DNA of 61,717 nucleotides from Clostridiaceae bacterium (GTDB lineage Bacteria; Bacillota; Clostridia; Christensenellales; CAG-138): NCBI GenBank assembly GCA_039683415.1, contig JBDKRL010000010.1, positions 1 to 61,717 of the forward strand, read 5' to 3'. Shown piece by piece: positions 30,436 to 39,520 of this stretch (position 1 is its first letter; each line of letters starts with the position of its first letter). The notes under the pieces were generated by a model. It saw only the letters and a program-made list of their open reading frames with translations, ran no database searches and was not told where the DNA came from. The position numbers and the translations under genes were made by a program.

Positions 30436-31716
30436 ATGAACGGCATGTTCAACCCGCTTAAGCTTTCAGAGCATCTCGCTCTGTTCGGCCATGTAAAAAT
30501 CGCTATCATCGGGGCAGGAGCCGTTGGGAGTTATCTTGCGGAATACTGCGCCAAGATGGGCGTAGGTGGCATTACGCTGGTCGATTTCGATACGTTTACG
30601 CTGGAAAACGCCGCAAAGCACTCCGGCATCATCCGTACACCGGAGGACGTTGGCCGCAACAAAGCGCTGGCAGTCGCGGAACGCACGCAGACGCTCATGA
30701 TTCCCGGCGGCAAAGCGAATGGGATCGACGCTAATCTATGCATGTTCGGGCCGATGGCGTTTTCACAGTACGACGCCGTTCTGCTGGCACTGGACAACTA
30801 CGCCGCAAAAGTCTATTTCAACCAACTCTGGCTGCAGCTGCCGCTATCAGAGCGACCGCTTTTGATCTTTGGCGGCACGTATGAGGAAATGGCGCAGGCA
30901 AACTGCCTGGACGGACACGACGCCTGTCTGCAGTGCCTGCTGGACGAAAGCTCACTTGAGAATTCCGCTGCGAGCACAAGCTGCTCCGGCCCGCAATATC
31001 GGAATATCGACGGGGAGAGTGTTGTTGTGCGCACGTCCGGGCTGGCATCCAGTATGGCGGCGCATTTGATGACGGAGCAGCTGCGGACGTTCGTAATCGG
31101 AAACTCAGATATCGCCAACAAGCGTCTTTGCTACACCGCGTATCCGAATCTGGGAATCACGTCGTCCACGCCGATGCAGCGCAGAACCTGCCCGGACTGC
31201 GCGCAGTACCATCCACCGGAAGAAATCACCCGGCTGGTGGGTACCGTTCTGGAGCGGACGCTGGGAGAACTGTTTTCGGAATTAAGCCAGCGGTTCGGGA
31301 ACGAAGAGTATGAGCTCCTCGTTCATCGGCTGATCTTTGCCGGGGTCGGGTATGGAGGTTTCATTCTGGACGACGTCTGCAAGAGCTGCGGACAACCGCT
31401 TTCTGGGGTTTATGCGCACGAAGGGCGCACATACTTTGGCGATCTGCTCTGCGAGGAATGCAGGCAAGCAGGAAACAAGGCGTTTTATGACTCTCTGCGC
31501 AAAGTTGGGACGTCGGTTCACGCATTTACGCCGCGCACTTGTTCCGAGGCATTGCTGGAGAAAACGCTTTTCGAACTGGGATACCCGCTTGGCGCATATC
31601 TCTGGACGAAACAAAGCGGCGGCGCGACCGACGCGATAGACGAAACCCCAACGTACACCTGCTTTACCTGCAGCGGCGACGCGGAGAGGATGAATACAAT
31701 CAGCATCGCGCGGTAG
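30436..31716 (+). CDS. E1-like ubiquitin-activating enzyme (ThiF/MoeB/HesA family) with C-terminal Cys clusters
   Basis: VKIAIIGAGAVGSYLAEYCAKMGVGGITLVDFDTFTLEN Rossmann/adenylation motif, with CPDC and CKSCG...CEEC zinc-like motifs. GGGAGGGGA RBS. Confidence 0.85.
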   Translation: MNGMFNPLKLSEHLALFGHVKIAIIGAGAVGSYLAEYCAKMGVGGITLVDFDTFTLENAAKHSGIIRTPEDVGRNKALAVAERTQTLMIPGGKANGIDANLCMFGPMAFSQYDAVLLALDNYAAKVYFNQLWLQLPLSERPLLIFGGTYEEMAQANCLDGHDACLQCLLDESSLENSAASTSCSGPQYRNIDGESVVVRTSGLASSMAAHLMTEQLRTFVIGNSDIANKRLCYTAYPNLGITSSTPMQRRTCPDCAQYHPPEEITRLVGTVLERTLGELFSELSQRFGNEEYELLVHRLIFAGVGYGGFILDDVCKSCGQPLSGVYAHEGRTYFGDLLCEECRQAGNKAFYDSLRKVGTSVHAFTPRTCSEALLEKTLFELGYPLGAYLWTKQSGGATDAIDETPTYTCFTCSGDAERMNTISIAR

Positions 31717-31765
31717 AGAGCAAGATGTCTTCTAATACAGCAACATTGTCAAAGGAGGAGAAATT

Positions 31766-32359
31766 ATGAGTTTTCTGCCGGTAACGATGACCAGAGATGA
31801 TTCGATCATCGCGCTTCGTAACGATTATCAGGAACTCCTGAGTACATTCAATCCGCATGTGGTACAGATTTCCCGCGAATCGGCACCGCTAGGGGCTATG
31901 TGCCTGCTGAAGGTGCGCGTAATAGCGCCTACGTTTATGCTGCAGTCGGAAAACGACGCTACCCCGAAATCGGTTGGCGAGCTGACGTTTTTCGTGAAAG
32001 TTCTCGAAGGTTATCCCCAGGTGAAACCGCTGGTGTATTACCCTCCACAGCGCATGCTCGCATCGGTGAACGTCTTTCCGAACGGACACCAATGTACGGA
32101 CGAATGGCTTATCAATTCATCTCTGCGTTCGCTCGTGGAGAAAACAGCACGGGATATTGCTCACGATCCCTGCGTGACAAGGTTCGATTCCATGGCAAAT
32201 AGAAAGGTGGAAGAATGGCAGCGAGAGATGTTCAGAAGGAAGGCGTTCCCAACGATCGACCTGAAAGACCTTTTTGCCGTGCGCAGCCCGGCGCCTATGC
32301 CGCCGAACGCGTCACGTGGCGCCGCGGGCGGGCCGGTTCCCCTGCCGGGGAAACGGTAA
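31766..32359 (+). CDS. E2-like (UBC-fold) ubiquitin-conjugating enzyme homolog
   Basis: FPNGHQCTDEWL resembles the E2 HPN...G.IC catalytic-Cys motif. Position between the E1 and JAB genes. C-terminal PVPLPGKR tail. Confidence 0.6.
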   Translation: MSFLPVTMTRDDSIIALRNDYQELLSTFNPHVVQISRESAPLGAMCLLKVRVIAPTFMLQSENDATPKSVGELTFFVKVLEGYPQVKPLVYYPPQRMLASVNVFPNGHQCTDEWLINSSLRSLVEKTARDIAHDPCVTRFDSMANRKVEEWQREMFRRKAFPTIDLKDLFAVRSPAPMPPNASRGAAGGPVPLPGKR

Positions 32360-32400
32360 ATCGCGTTGAAGTTTCCCCGATGAAAGGAGATGGTACACAC

Positions 32401-33405
32401 ATGAAAGCGAATATGCCGCCTCCGCTTCCTGCCGTTCACAGGCAGACTGAGCCGCGCCGGTTCCCGGTCTGTTCGGCACAAGACGCAGCAAACAGGATTC
32501 ATAAGCGCTGCGCTCCCTGCGAATGCACGGTCTACGGCGAGGGAAAACATACCGTGATCCTGCTGCCGGAGGCTTGGAGCGAATTGAGCGGGATGATCTG
32601 CTTTGGCAAACGGCGAGCCGTGAATTACTATGAACAACAATACCAAGGGATGGGTCACTTTTATGTTTCGGAAACCGGGAAGCTGAACATTATCATCAGC
32701 CACGTTCTGTATATTTACTCCGCCGATCGCGGGCGGACGCACGCGGCTGTAATCAGGGGCGCGGATACATCCTTTCTGGATCTGCTCGCCTCTGAACGCG
32801 CGATCTATAACCAATTTGAGGCGCAGTTCAACCGGGACGAAGCCGGGCGCGAGCTGGATCCGTTCCTTCGGGAAGGGGCGAGTGAAGTTGTGCTCTTTGG
32901 GCACACGCATCCGGACCTGGGCGTCTTTTTTTCGGGGCCTGACCGCAACAGCAGCTACGCGGCGATGAACTTTCCCGCCGTCACGTTTGTCTGCGATCCT
33001 ATCCGTAAGCAGATGAAAGCCATGGTTGGCATCGAAGAGGCTGACGCGCGCGTGCTGGTGTTTTCCTATGCGTATGGCAAAAACGAGCAGCCGCCCGCAA
33101 GAATGGAAGCAGCCGGAAACGCGATCCCGAAAAAAACGGCCGTCGAGAGTATTGCACCGGCACCCGCCACCCCGGAGATTGCGCAGCCCGTGCCGCCCGT
33201 CCGGGTGGAAGCTGCAGCGGACGGCCCGCTTGAAGCGGAGCTCGGCAAAGTCTGTACAGCGCTGTTGGCGGAAAAGTATGTAAAAGGCAAGTTTCGGGTA
33301 TACCGCGGGCTTTGGGGCACGCTCCACGTGGAGTTCGTCATGAAGCGTAGGATTCCGCGGAAAACCGCGCCGAAGAGCGCGGCGCTGGAACCGGGCGGGC
33401 GATAG
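32401..33405 (+). CDS. JAB/JAMM (MPN+) metallopeptidase, deubiquitinase-like
   Basis: LFGHTHPDLGVFFSGPD matches HxHx7Sx2D exactly. The N-terminus starts MKANMPPPLPAVH. AAAGGAGA RBS. Confidence 0.75.
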   Translation: MKANMPPPLPAVHRQTEPRRFPVCSAQDAANRIHKRCAPCECTVYGEGKHTVILLPEAWSELSGMICFGKRRAVNYYEQQYQGMGHFYVSETGKLNIIISHVLYIYSADRGRTHAAVIRGADTSFLDLLASERAIYNQFEAQFNRDEAGRELDPFLREGASEVVLFGHTHPDLGVFFSGPDRNSSYAAMNFPAVTFVCDPIRKQMKAMVGIEEADARVLVFSYAYGKNEQPPARMEAAGNAIPKKTAVESIAPAPATPEIAQPVPPVRVEAAADGPLEAELGKVCTALLAEKYVKGKFRVYRGLWGTLHVEFVMKRRIPRKTAPKSAALEPGGR

Positions 33406-33418
33406 GCGGTGATGGGCG

Positions 33419-34369
33419 ATGTCCCTTACGTTTTACCGCCGGCAGCTGCGCACGCAGCAGGCCAAATCAATCTACGACGCGCTTTGCCGGCAGATAGAGT
33501 GCGGCGATACGAGCGGCGGGTATCATGTGGAGGTTCGTGAGCAGTCCGCCGCACTGGAGGATTCGTTTGAAGCCGCCAGCGCACTGCGGCTGGACAGACC
33601 CGATTTCTTCTTTCTGTCCCGCAGGTATAAAGGCAGCCTGAGCGGCAGCCAACTCACGATATCATTCGAACGCCTGTACTCACCCACGCAGATTCACCGC
33701 ATCCGTGCATTGCTGGATAGGATGCTGAACCGCTTTGCCGACGGAACGCGAGAATTAAGCGCTTGGGAGCGGGAGAAAACCGTATATGAGCGCGTTGTTG
33801 AATATGCAGAGTACAAGGACGAAGGCGAGGAGCACGATCACAACGTCGTGGGGTTTCTTCTCAAAAAGAGCAGCGTTTGCGAGGGATTCAGCAGCTTGCT
33901 TACGCTGGGACTTCGCAGAGCCGGCATTCCCTGCATCACCGTTCTGGGAAAAGCAGGCGCGGACTCCTGTTGGCACAGTTGGAACATGGCTTGGATCAAC
34001 GGCTCGCCTTGCCATCTGGACGCCTCCGCGGAGACGAAAACGGAGAACGGGATCGGGTTTTTCTATTTCAATCTGACCGATCGTGAAATCTGCCGTGACC
34101 GCGTCATCTGTACGGACGGCCTTCCAATGTGCCGCGATGCGTCGCTTTCCTATTGTGACCACGAACGCATCCATTTTTGCTCGCCGGAGCGCGCAGCGCA
34201 GTATATCGCCGAAGCGTTCCGGCGTGGCAGCGAAATTGTGCGGGTGAAACTGGACGAAGAGAGCCGCGTGGAGGAAAGCGTCTGCATTGGGATTCAACGT
34301 GCGCCGCGATCGGCGTATGCCTATCGCATCGGCGCGTCGCAAAACGCCGCCGTCATTGAGCGCCTATGA
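33419..34369 (+). CDS. Transglutaminase-like cysteine protease-fold enzyme
   Basis: SSVCEGFSSLLTLGLRRAGIPC...CWHSWNMAWING...CHLDAS gives the Cys-His-Asp arrangement of the transglutaminase-core superfamily. Confidence 0.55.
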   Translation: MSLTFYRRQLRTQQAKSIYDALCRQIECGDTSGGYHVEVREQSAALEDSFEAASALRLDRPDFFFLSRRYKGSLSGSQLTISFERLYSPTQIHRIRALLDRMLNRFADGTRELSAWEREKTVYERVVEYAEYKDEGEEHDHNVVGFLLKKSSVCEGFSSLLTLGLRRAGIPCITVLGKAGADSCWHSWNMAWINGSPCHLDASAETKTENGIGFFYFNLTDREICRDRVICTDGLPMCRDASLSYCDHERIHFCSPERAAQYIAEAFRRGSEIVRVKLDEESRVEESVCIGIQRAPRSAYAYRIGASQNAAVIERL

Positions 34370-34411
34370 GAGGCAGAAACGAAATTCAGACCATTTGAAA
34401 GGAGCAGAACC

Positions 34412-35551
34412 ATGTACCAATCTGTCATTCGAGATCCGGGCGGAGACCGGCTGGTTCGAATCGTACCGGACTTTGTGTGCGTCGATGGGAGCGTTCTGAT
34501 CGTTCCGGCGGATACGGTTGCCTTTTTCATCTGCAACGGGATCGTAAGCGAACCATACGGCCCGGGGCGATATACGCTCAATACGGGCATCAGCCCCTTC
34601 TTTGTACGTTTGCGCAACATTATGACGAACGGGGATCCCGCGGTTTCGGTCTCCGTTTTCTTTGTTGCAACAAGCCGCGAAACCTGCATGCCGCTCGGTA
34701 CGGGCGAGATCGTCTTTAACGAAAGGCGGTTTCAGCTTTCCATGAAAGCGAAGGCTTCTGTGAGCGTCCGCTACCGTATTTCCGATCCGAGTATGTTTCT
34801 CAAACGGCTTGTTGGCCGGTATTCCTCGCAATTTCACGAAGAGGATTTGGAACCGGCGCTTCAGTCGATGACAGCTGCGCCCGTGCGCGAGCAGCTGGGG
34901 CGGTATCTTGCGCAGATCAGCATCGCGGAGATGAACAACAATCTCACTCGAATCGGGAACAACATGGCCGCGTCGCTCGCTCCGATTTTTACGGAATACG
35001 GCATGCAACTGCGGGAAATCAGCATTGTCGGTGTAAACATTCCGGACGGGGAAATGGCGCGGCTGCAGGAACTTGAGCGTGAACATGCGCAGGGACGGGT
35101 GCAGACGGACGTTGAAAAGTACAACCTTGAGCAGGTGTATGGTACCATCGACCGCCGCACCATGGTGGAGGCGCTGACCGGCGTGCCAAGAGGACAGGCG
35201 CGTGGCGGACAACCCGCACCGCCCCCGCAGGGCGGCATGGGTGGTATGGCCGGAATGATGGCGGCGTTACCGGTACAGATGGCGCTTGCAACGCAAATGG
35301 CGGCGGCTATGCGCCCGCCGGTGGAAGAAATGACACGACAGAGCAGCCTCTTCGGCCCGCGGGAACCCGATGCGCAGGAAGGCGGCCGGCAGGATCCCGC
35401 GCCCGCAGGTGTACCGGGAGCAGCCGCGCGGCGTGTCATGAAAGTTCCGCCGCCTCTGCCCGGCCGAACGAGCGTCTGCGCTCAGTGCGGCGTGCGCGTG
35501 AGCGGCCGCCCGGCAAACTGCCCCGTTTGCGGAAGCAGGATGCAAAAATAA
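34412..35551 (+). CDS. SPFH/band-7 domain protein with Gly/Met/Pro-rich linker and C-terminal zinc ribbon
   Basis: SPFH-like N-terminal ~230 aa, then a low-complexity linker (PPPQGGMGGMAGMM), a PPPLPGR motif, and CAQCG...CPVCG. Confidence 0.55.
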   Translation: MYQSVIRDPGGDRLVRIVPDFVCVDGSVLIVPADTVAFFICNGIVSEPYGPGRYTLNTGISPFFVRLRNIMTNGDPAVSVSVFFVATSRETCMPLGTGEIVFNERRFQLSMKAKASVSVRYRISDPSMFLKRLVGRYSSQFHEEDLEPALQSMTAAPVREQLGRYLAQISIAEMNNNLTRIGNNMAASLAPIFTEYGMQLREISIVGVNIPDGEMARLQELEREHAQGRVQTDVEKYNLEQVYGTIDRRTMVEALTGVPRGQARGGQPAPPPQGGMGGMAGMMAALPVQMALATQMAAAMRPPVEEMTRQSSLFGPREPDAQEGGRQDPAPAGVPGAAARRVMKVPPPLPGRTSVCAQCGVRVSGRPANCPVCGSRMQK

Positions 35552-35567
35552 AAGGAGGAAGTATGCT

Positions 35568-36218
35568 ATGAATAAAAAGTCGCTTTTGCTGCTCGTTTCT
35601 CTTTTGGGAATTGCTGCGATTCCGCAGCTGCTGTATTTCTGGCTCGCACCGGAAGCGGTCTGCGGGAATTTCGTGTACTGGTTCGGCACGGTCTTCATTG
35701 TGCTGCATTTGGGCTTGAGCTATTTGCTGTGGCAAACATATGATACGCGGCGTGTGGCGGCGTTTGTGCTCGTTGGTTCTTCTATTCTGCTTTGCACGCT
35801 CGTTGTTGGCGCACTGTTTCTGGCAATCGGCGCTGCCGTGCGGACGGCGGTATATGCGCTTGCGGTCATTGCCGTGTTATACGTCGTGTGCTCCGGTTTG
35901 CTGATAGCGCCTCTGCTGGCAGAACCGGCGGAACACGGAAGCACAGCCAGGGACTACATCCCGTACGTGCCGCAATACAACTGCGAATCACAGCAGGCTG
36001 AAGAGGAGGAGCCGTATGCACAGAACCGCGTATTTATGCCGGTTTCGCAGCGGGAAACAGCGCCGACGCCGCGAAGTTCGACGCCGCTGACGCGGGAAAC
36101 AGCACCGTTGCCCCGCGCAGCTGCGCCGTTGACGCGGGAAACGCGGGAAACGCGGGAAACAACGCCGCTGCCGAGGCCGCGCGTGAGCAATCCGCCGCCG
36201 CTGCCGGAGAAACGCTGA
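35568..36218 (+). CDS. Multi-pass membrane protein with C-terminal RET/PLP repeat tail
   Basis: 4-5 TM helices, then RETAPLPR...RETRETRETTPLPRPRVSNPPPLPEKR. Confidence 0.5.
   Translation: MNKKSLLLLVSLLGIAAIPQLLYFWLAPEAVCGNFVYWFGTVFIVLHLGLSYLLWQTYDTRRVAAFVLVGSSILLCTLVVGALFLAIGAAVRTAVYALAVIAVLYVVCSGLLIAPLLAEPAEHGSTARDYIPYVPQYNCESQQAEEEEPYAQNRVFMPVSQRETAPTPRSSTPLTRETAPLPRAAAPLTRETRETRETTPLPRPRVSNPPPLPEKR
36089..36162 (+). repeat. Short in-frame tandem repeats (GACGCGGGAAAC x2; 9-bp CGGGAAACG x3) inside the membrane-protein gene
   Basis: Seen directly in sequence; encodes the RETRETRET tract. Confidence 0.5.
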
Positions 36219-36249
36219 AACAGAAGATAATTATTCGCGGAGGTGATGG

Positions 36250-36897
36250 ATGATGAATGCAGGCTGGATTTGTCCCCGATGCGGCTGCACAGCCAGCCAC
36301 TACCGGCAGAGCGAAATGCGCTTTGCCTGCGACCAATGCGGTCAGTCCGCGGACGATCCGCAGCAGGATCAGCAGAGGCAGGCTTTTGACCGCTCCATTC
36401 GCCTTGCGCAGGATCATCTCCGTGTGGGCAACTGGATGGAATGCGCGGCAATCCTCCGCCTACTGAGTCAGCAGCGTCCGGCGGACCCGAGACCGTATAA
36501 GCTGCTTCTGACGGCGCTGACGCAAAACTATACCGACTTTCTGCTGGGCAGTTCGCCCGCGCGTTCCGAGGCGGAACTCTGCTGGACGAAGCTGCAGAAC
36601 CTGCGGGGGCTGGACGGCGCGATGCTTGCCTACGCGTTGCAGCGCAAGGACGCGTATAAAGGCGAGCTGGGCAGAAAGCGAATGGTCACCATGCTGGCGC
36701 TCTTCGCTGCCGCCGCGCTGCTGCTGACGGCGGCGATCGTTTCCGAGTATTTCCTGACCATGCTGGCGCTTGGCGCGACCACGATTGTTTTGTGGCGCGT
36801 ACTGGGGTATCAGAAACCCTGGAAGGTGGTTGCGGAGCTCCGGCGGCTGGCTAGGGAGAGGGATTCGAATCCGTTTCGGCAGTTGCCGGGCGCGTAA
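36250..36897 (+). CDS. Zinc-ribbon protein with helical-repeat middle region and C-terminal TM anchor
   Basis: CPRCGC...CDQCG N-terminus and a hydrophobic segment LALFAAAALLLTAAIV. Confidence 0.45.
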   Translation: MMNAGWICPRCGCTASHYRQSEMRFACDQCGQSADDPQQDQQRQAFDRSIRLAQDHLRVGNWMECAAILRLLSQQRPADPRPYKLLLTALTQNYTDFLLGSSPARSEAELCWTKLQNLRGLDGAMLAYALQRKDAYKGELGRKRMVTMLALFAAAALLLTAAIVSEYFLTMLALGATTIVLWRVLGYQKPWKVVAELRRLARERDSNPFRQLPGA

Positions 36898-36916
36898 GCG
36901 GGAGAGGAGACGAACC

Positions 36917-39520
36917 ATGAAGACGTTTCACACAAAGAGCGGAACCTATGCCCTGTGTGCGCTGCACATCACGTGCGTGCCGTATGAGAAGGAAAAGAAC
37001 GAAACGCCCAACATCGCAAAGGCGATTTGCGAGGATGCGTATTACCTCGGCAATGGCGACGGACGGCTCTCGATTGAGCTTTTGCGTGTCGCCGGGACGA
37101 CCGCCGGGAACCCCATCTGCCATCTTTTAGTTCTGCGCTGTTTTAACGAAACGCAAAGCGGTTGCGAGCAAGTTGCAGCCGCGTTTTGCGAGAGCATAAA
37201 AAAACGGCTGACCGTCAGCGGCTACCGCTTTGGTGAAATGTCCTTTGAGGTGTTTGCCGGGCTCTTTCGCGCGCTGAACCGAACTGCGGTCTGGGCGCTC
37301 ACTAAGCAGGAGATACGCGAATGCGAGTGCATGTCGCCGCGCACGTATGTGTCGCTGCCGGTGCTTTGCGGTTCGCTGGATTTCAGCGGCGTTTACCAGG
37401 CGCTCGACGGATCGGGATGCGCCGTTTCGATTCATGCCACGGCAAGCGCGCTTAAGCCTGCGGAATACCAGGCGGTGCAGCAACTTTATGCGGACTGCAG
37501 CCGCGCAGTCGAAGGGACGCTTGCAGCGGGACAGGCTCCACGGGACAGCCTTGCTTCGCTGGCGAGGGAGCGCTGGCAGTACTGCGTCCATAAGGCACAC
37601 GGGCCGATGTTTTTTGCCAATTTTGTCGTATATGGGCCGCCGGAAGCGGCAGCCATCGTCGTTTCACGGCTTCGCGGAAGCTTCATCGAGATGCATACGG
37701 ACGCACCAGCTTCGCTAAGGGCGATCGACATTTCCAAAGCGGATATTTCCCGTGTGTATGATCAGCCCTGGCAGCTGGAACGGGCCGTAGCGGAGCGCTG
37801 TCTGCTGCAGGGGTATTCTCTTTCAAAAACGGCGGAAACGAGCGGGTTGATCCGGCGGTTTTCTTCCGAGGAAGTGGGAGCCGTTCTGGCGCTTCCAAAG
37901 GCGGGACGCGCGTACTGCGGCGTCGGGAGCAACGCGTTTTCTCTCCTCAAGCCGGAGGAACTTTTGGATAAAGAACTCACCGCGGCGGGCGCTGGTACGG
38001 TACAGATCGGCCAGTCTGACGGGGGCAGAACCATCGCGCTTCCCATGAAGGATTTTCTACTCCACATGTCCGTATACGGAAAGACTGGGGTGGGCAAGAC
38101 AAAACTTTTACAGTCCATCGTCGAACAGCTTGCGAAAAACGGCGTATCCGTGCTCGTGCTCGAACCGATAAAACGCGAATACCGGACTCTTGTACGCAGC
38201 GCGAACGCGCGCGTGTTTACGGTCGATTCATCCACGGCGCCGTTTGTGCTTAATCCGTTTTTGGTACCCAAAGGAGTAACGCTCGCGCAGTACAGGCCGC
38301 ACCTGCTGAACGCATTCAGCGCGGCCTTCAGCATGCCGGATCCGCTGCCCAGTCTCTTCGGCACCGCCATAACGGAGGCTTACGCCCTCAATGGCTGGAA
38401 GAGCAGCAGCAAATCGGCCGATTCTGACGTGACCGTGTTCGGCCTCTGGGAATTCGTTCAAGTCTTTCAAAAGGTCGTGCAGAACAGCGCGTACAGCCCG
38501 GAAATCAAAGGCAACATGACAAGCGGCGGTACCTTTCGCCTGCTTTCGCTGATCGATCGCTGCCGTAATACTTTTGAAACGATTCATTCGACCGATGTAT
38601 TGGACCTAATCAGCGGCCAGGTTGTGCTGGAACTGGGGCGGCTGGAAGGAGAGCAAAAGTGCCTTGTTGCTGCGCTGACGCTGATCTCCATACTCTCGTA
38701 TCTGCGAACCGTGCGGGAGAGCGGCACACCGCTCACCAATGTAATTTTGATGGATGAAGCGCACGTGCTGCTGGATCCAACGGCTTCCCGAACGGAGGAA
38801 GGCAGCGCTGCGGGGGAGACGATGGAGAACCTGATTGTAAACCTGATTGCGGAAGTTCGTGCGCTGGGCGTCGGCGTAATCTTCGCGGACCAGTCGCCTA
38901 CCCGCGTCGGCGGGAATCTGCTCAACAACACGGATACAAAGATTATATTCCGCCTTACAGGAGACGAAGCACAGGCGATTGCCCACGGAATTGGGCTTGA
39001 CGAAGAGGAGACGCGCATGCTGCCACTACTGGAGATGAGGCAGGCACTGCTGGTCAACCACACGCTTCGTACGCCGTTGGGTATTACAACGTTACCTCGA
39101 GCGGAGACGAAGCCGGTTACCGACGAGGAGCTGACATATCGGCAGCAGGCGTATCTTCAGAGCCGCGCAGAGTTATACCGCCCGTTTCGAGAGTGTGAAT
39201 TATTCGGCTTGTGCGAGCAGGACTGCAAGTTTTCCGTGCGGGACTGCGCCGCGGCACGCAGCATACGGATGTTTTCTGAGCGCGCCAAGCACATCCGTAC
39301 GGCGGACGAACTCAGGCAGCATCTTCTTTGGATTCCCGCATCGCTGATCAAGCAGGGAAACAACCCGAAAGACCCGGATTTTCCGCGCCTGTGCGGATGT
39401 GTCGCGCTTCACGTATACCGACAGGCTTCTATGAAGCTGGGTGAGCGAATTCAGGACAAAGCGCTGCGTGGGATACTTGCGGACTATATGCAGCAGGCAG
39501 GGAGGAGCGGGATTGCATGA
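36917..39520 (+). CDS. HerA/FtsK-superfamily ATPase (DUF87/HerA-like) with ~430-aa N-terminal domain of unknown function
   Basis: Walker A VYGKTGVGKTKLLQSI followed by VLVLEPIKREY (HerA-type D/E-x-H-G-E-Y-like), and Walker B ILMDEAHVLL (DEAH, HerA-type rather than the VirB4 DEAW). GGAGAGGAGA RBS. Confidence 0.7.
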   Translation: MKTFHTKSGTYALCALHITCVPYEKEKNETPNIAKAICEDAYYLGNGDGRLSIELLRVAGTTAGNPICHLLVLRCFNETQSGCEQVAAAFCESIKKRLTVSGYRFGEMSFEVFAGLFRALNRTAVWALTKQEIRECECMSPRTYVSLPVLCGSLDFSGVYQALDGSGCAVSIHATASALKPAEYQAVQQLYADCSRAVEGTLAAGQAPRDSLASLARERWQYCVHKAHGPMFFANFVVYGPPEAAAIVVSRLRGSFIEMHTDAPASLRAIDISKADISRVYDQPWQLERAVAERCLLQGYSLSKTAETSGLIRRFSSEEVGAVLALPKAGRAYCGVGSNAFSLLKPEELLDKELTAAGAGTVQIGQSDGGRTIALPMKDFLLHMSVYGKTGVGKTKLLQSIVEQLAKNGVSVLVLEPIKREYRTLVRSANARVFTVDSSTAPFVLNPFLVPKGVTLAQYRPHLLNAFSAAFSMPDPLPSLFGTAITEAYALNGWKSSSKSADSDVTVFGLWEFVQVFQKVVQNSAYSPEIKGNMTSGGTFRLLSLIDRCRNTFETIHSTDVLDLISGQVVLELGRLEGEQKCLVAALTLISILSYLRTVRESGTPLTNVILMDEAHVLLDPTASRTEEGSAAGETMENLIVNLIAEVRALGVGVIFADQSPTRVGGNLLNNTDTKIIFRLTGDEAQAIAHGIGLDEEETRMLPLLEMRQALLVNHTLRTPLGITTLPRAETKPVTDEELTYRQQAYLQSRAELYRPFRECELFGLCEQDCKFSVRDCAAARSIRMFSERAKHIRTADELRQHLLWIPASLIKQGNNPKDPDFPRLCGCVALHVYRQASMKLGERIQDKALRGILADYMQQAGRSGIA

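Noticed and set aside
29643-33405. CBASS type II (Cap2/Cap3) interpretation of the E1/E2/JAB genes
   Set aside because: No cGAS/DncV-like nucleotidyltransferase or cyclic-nucleotide-activated effector gene is present. E1 and E2 are separate proteins rather than a Cap2 fusion, and a dedicated ubiquitin-like gene is present. This fits Bil/6E-type systems better.
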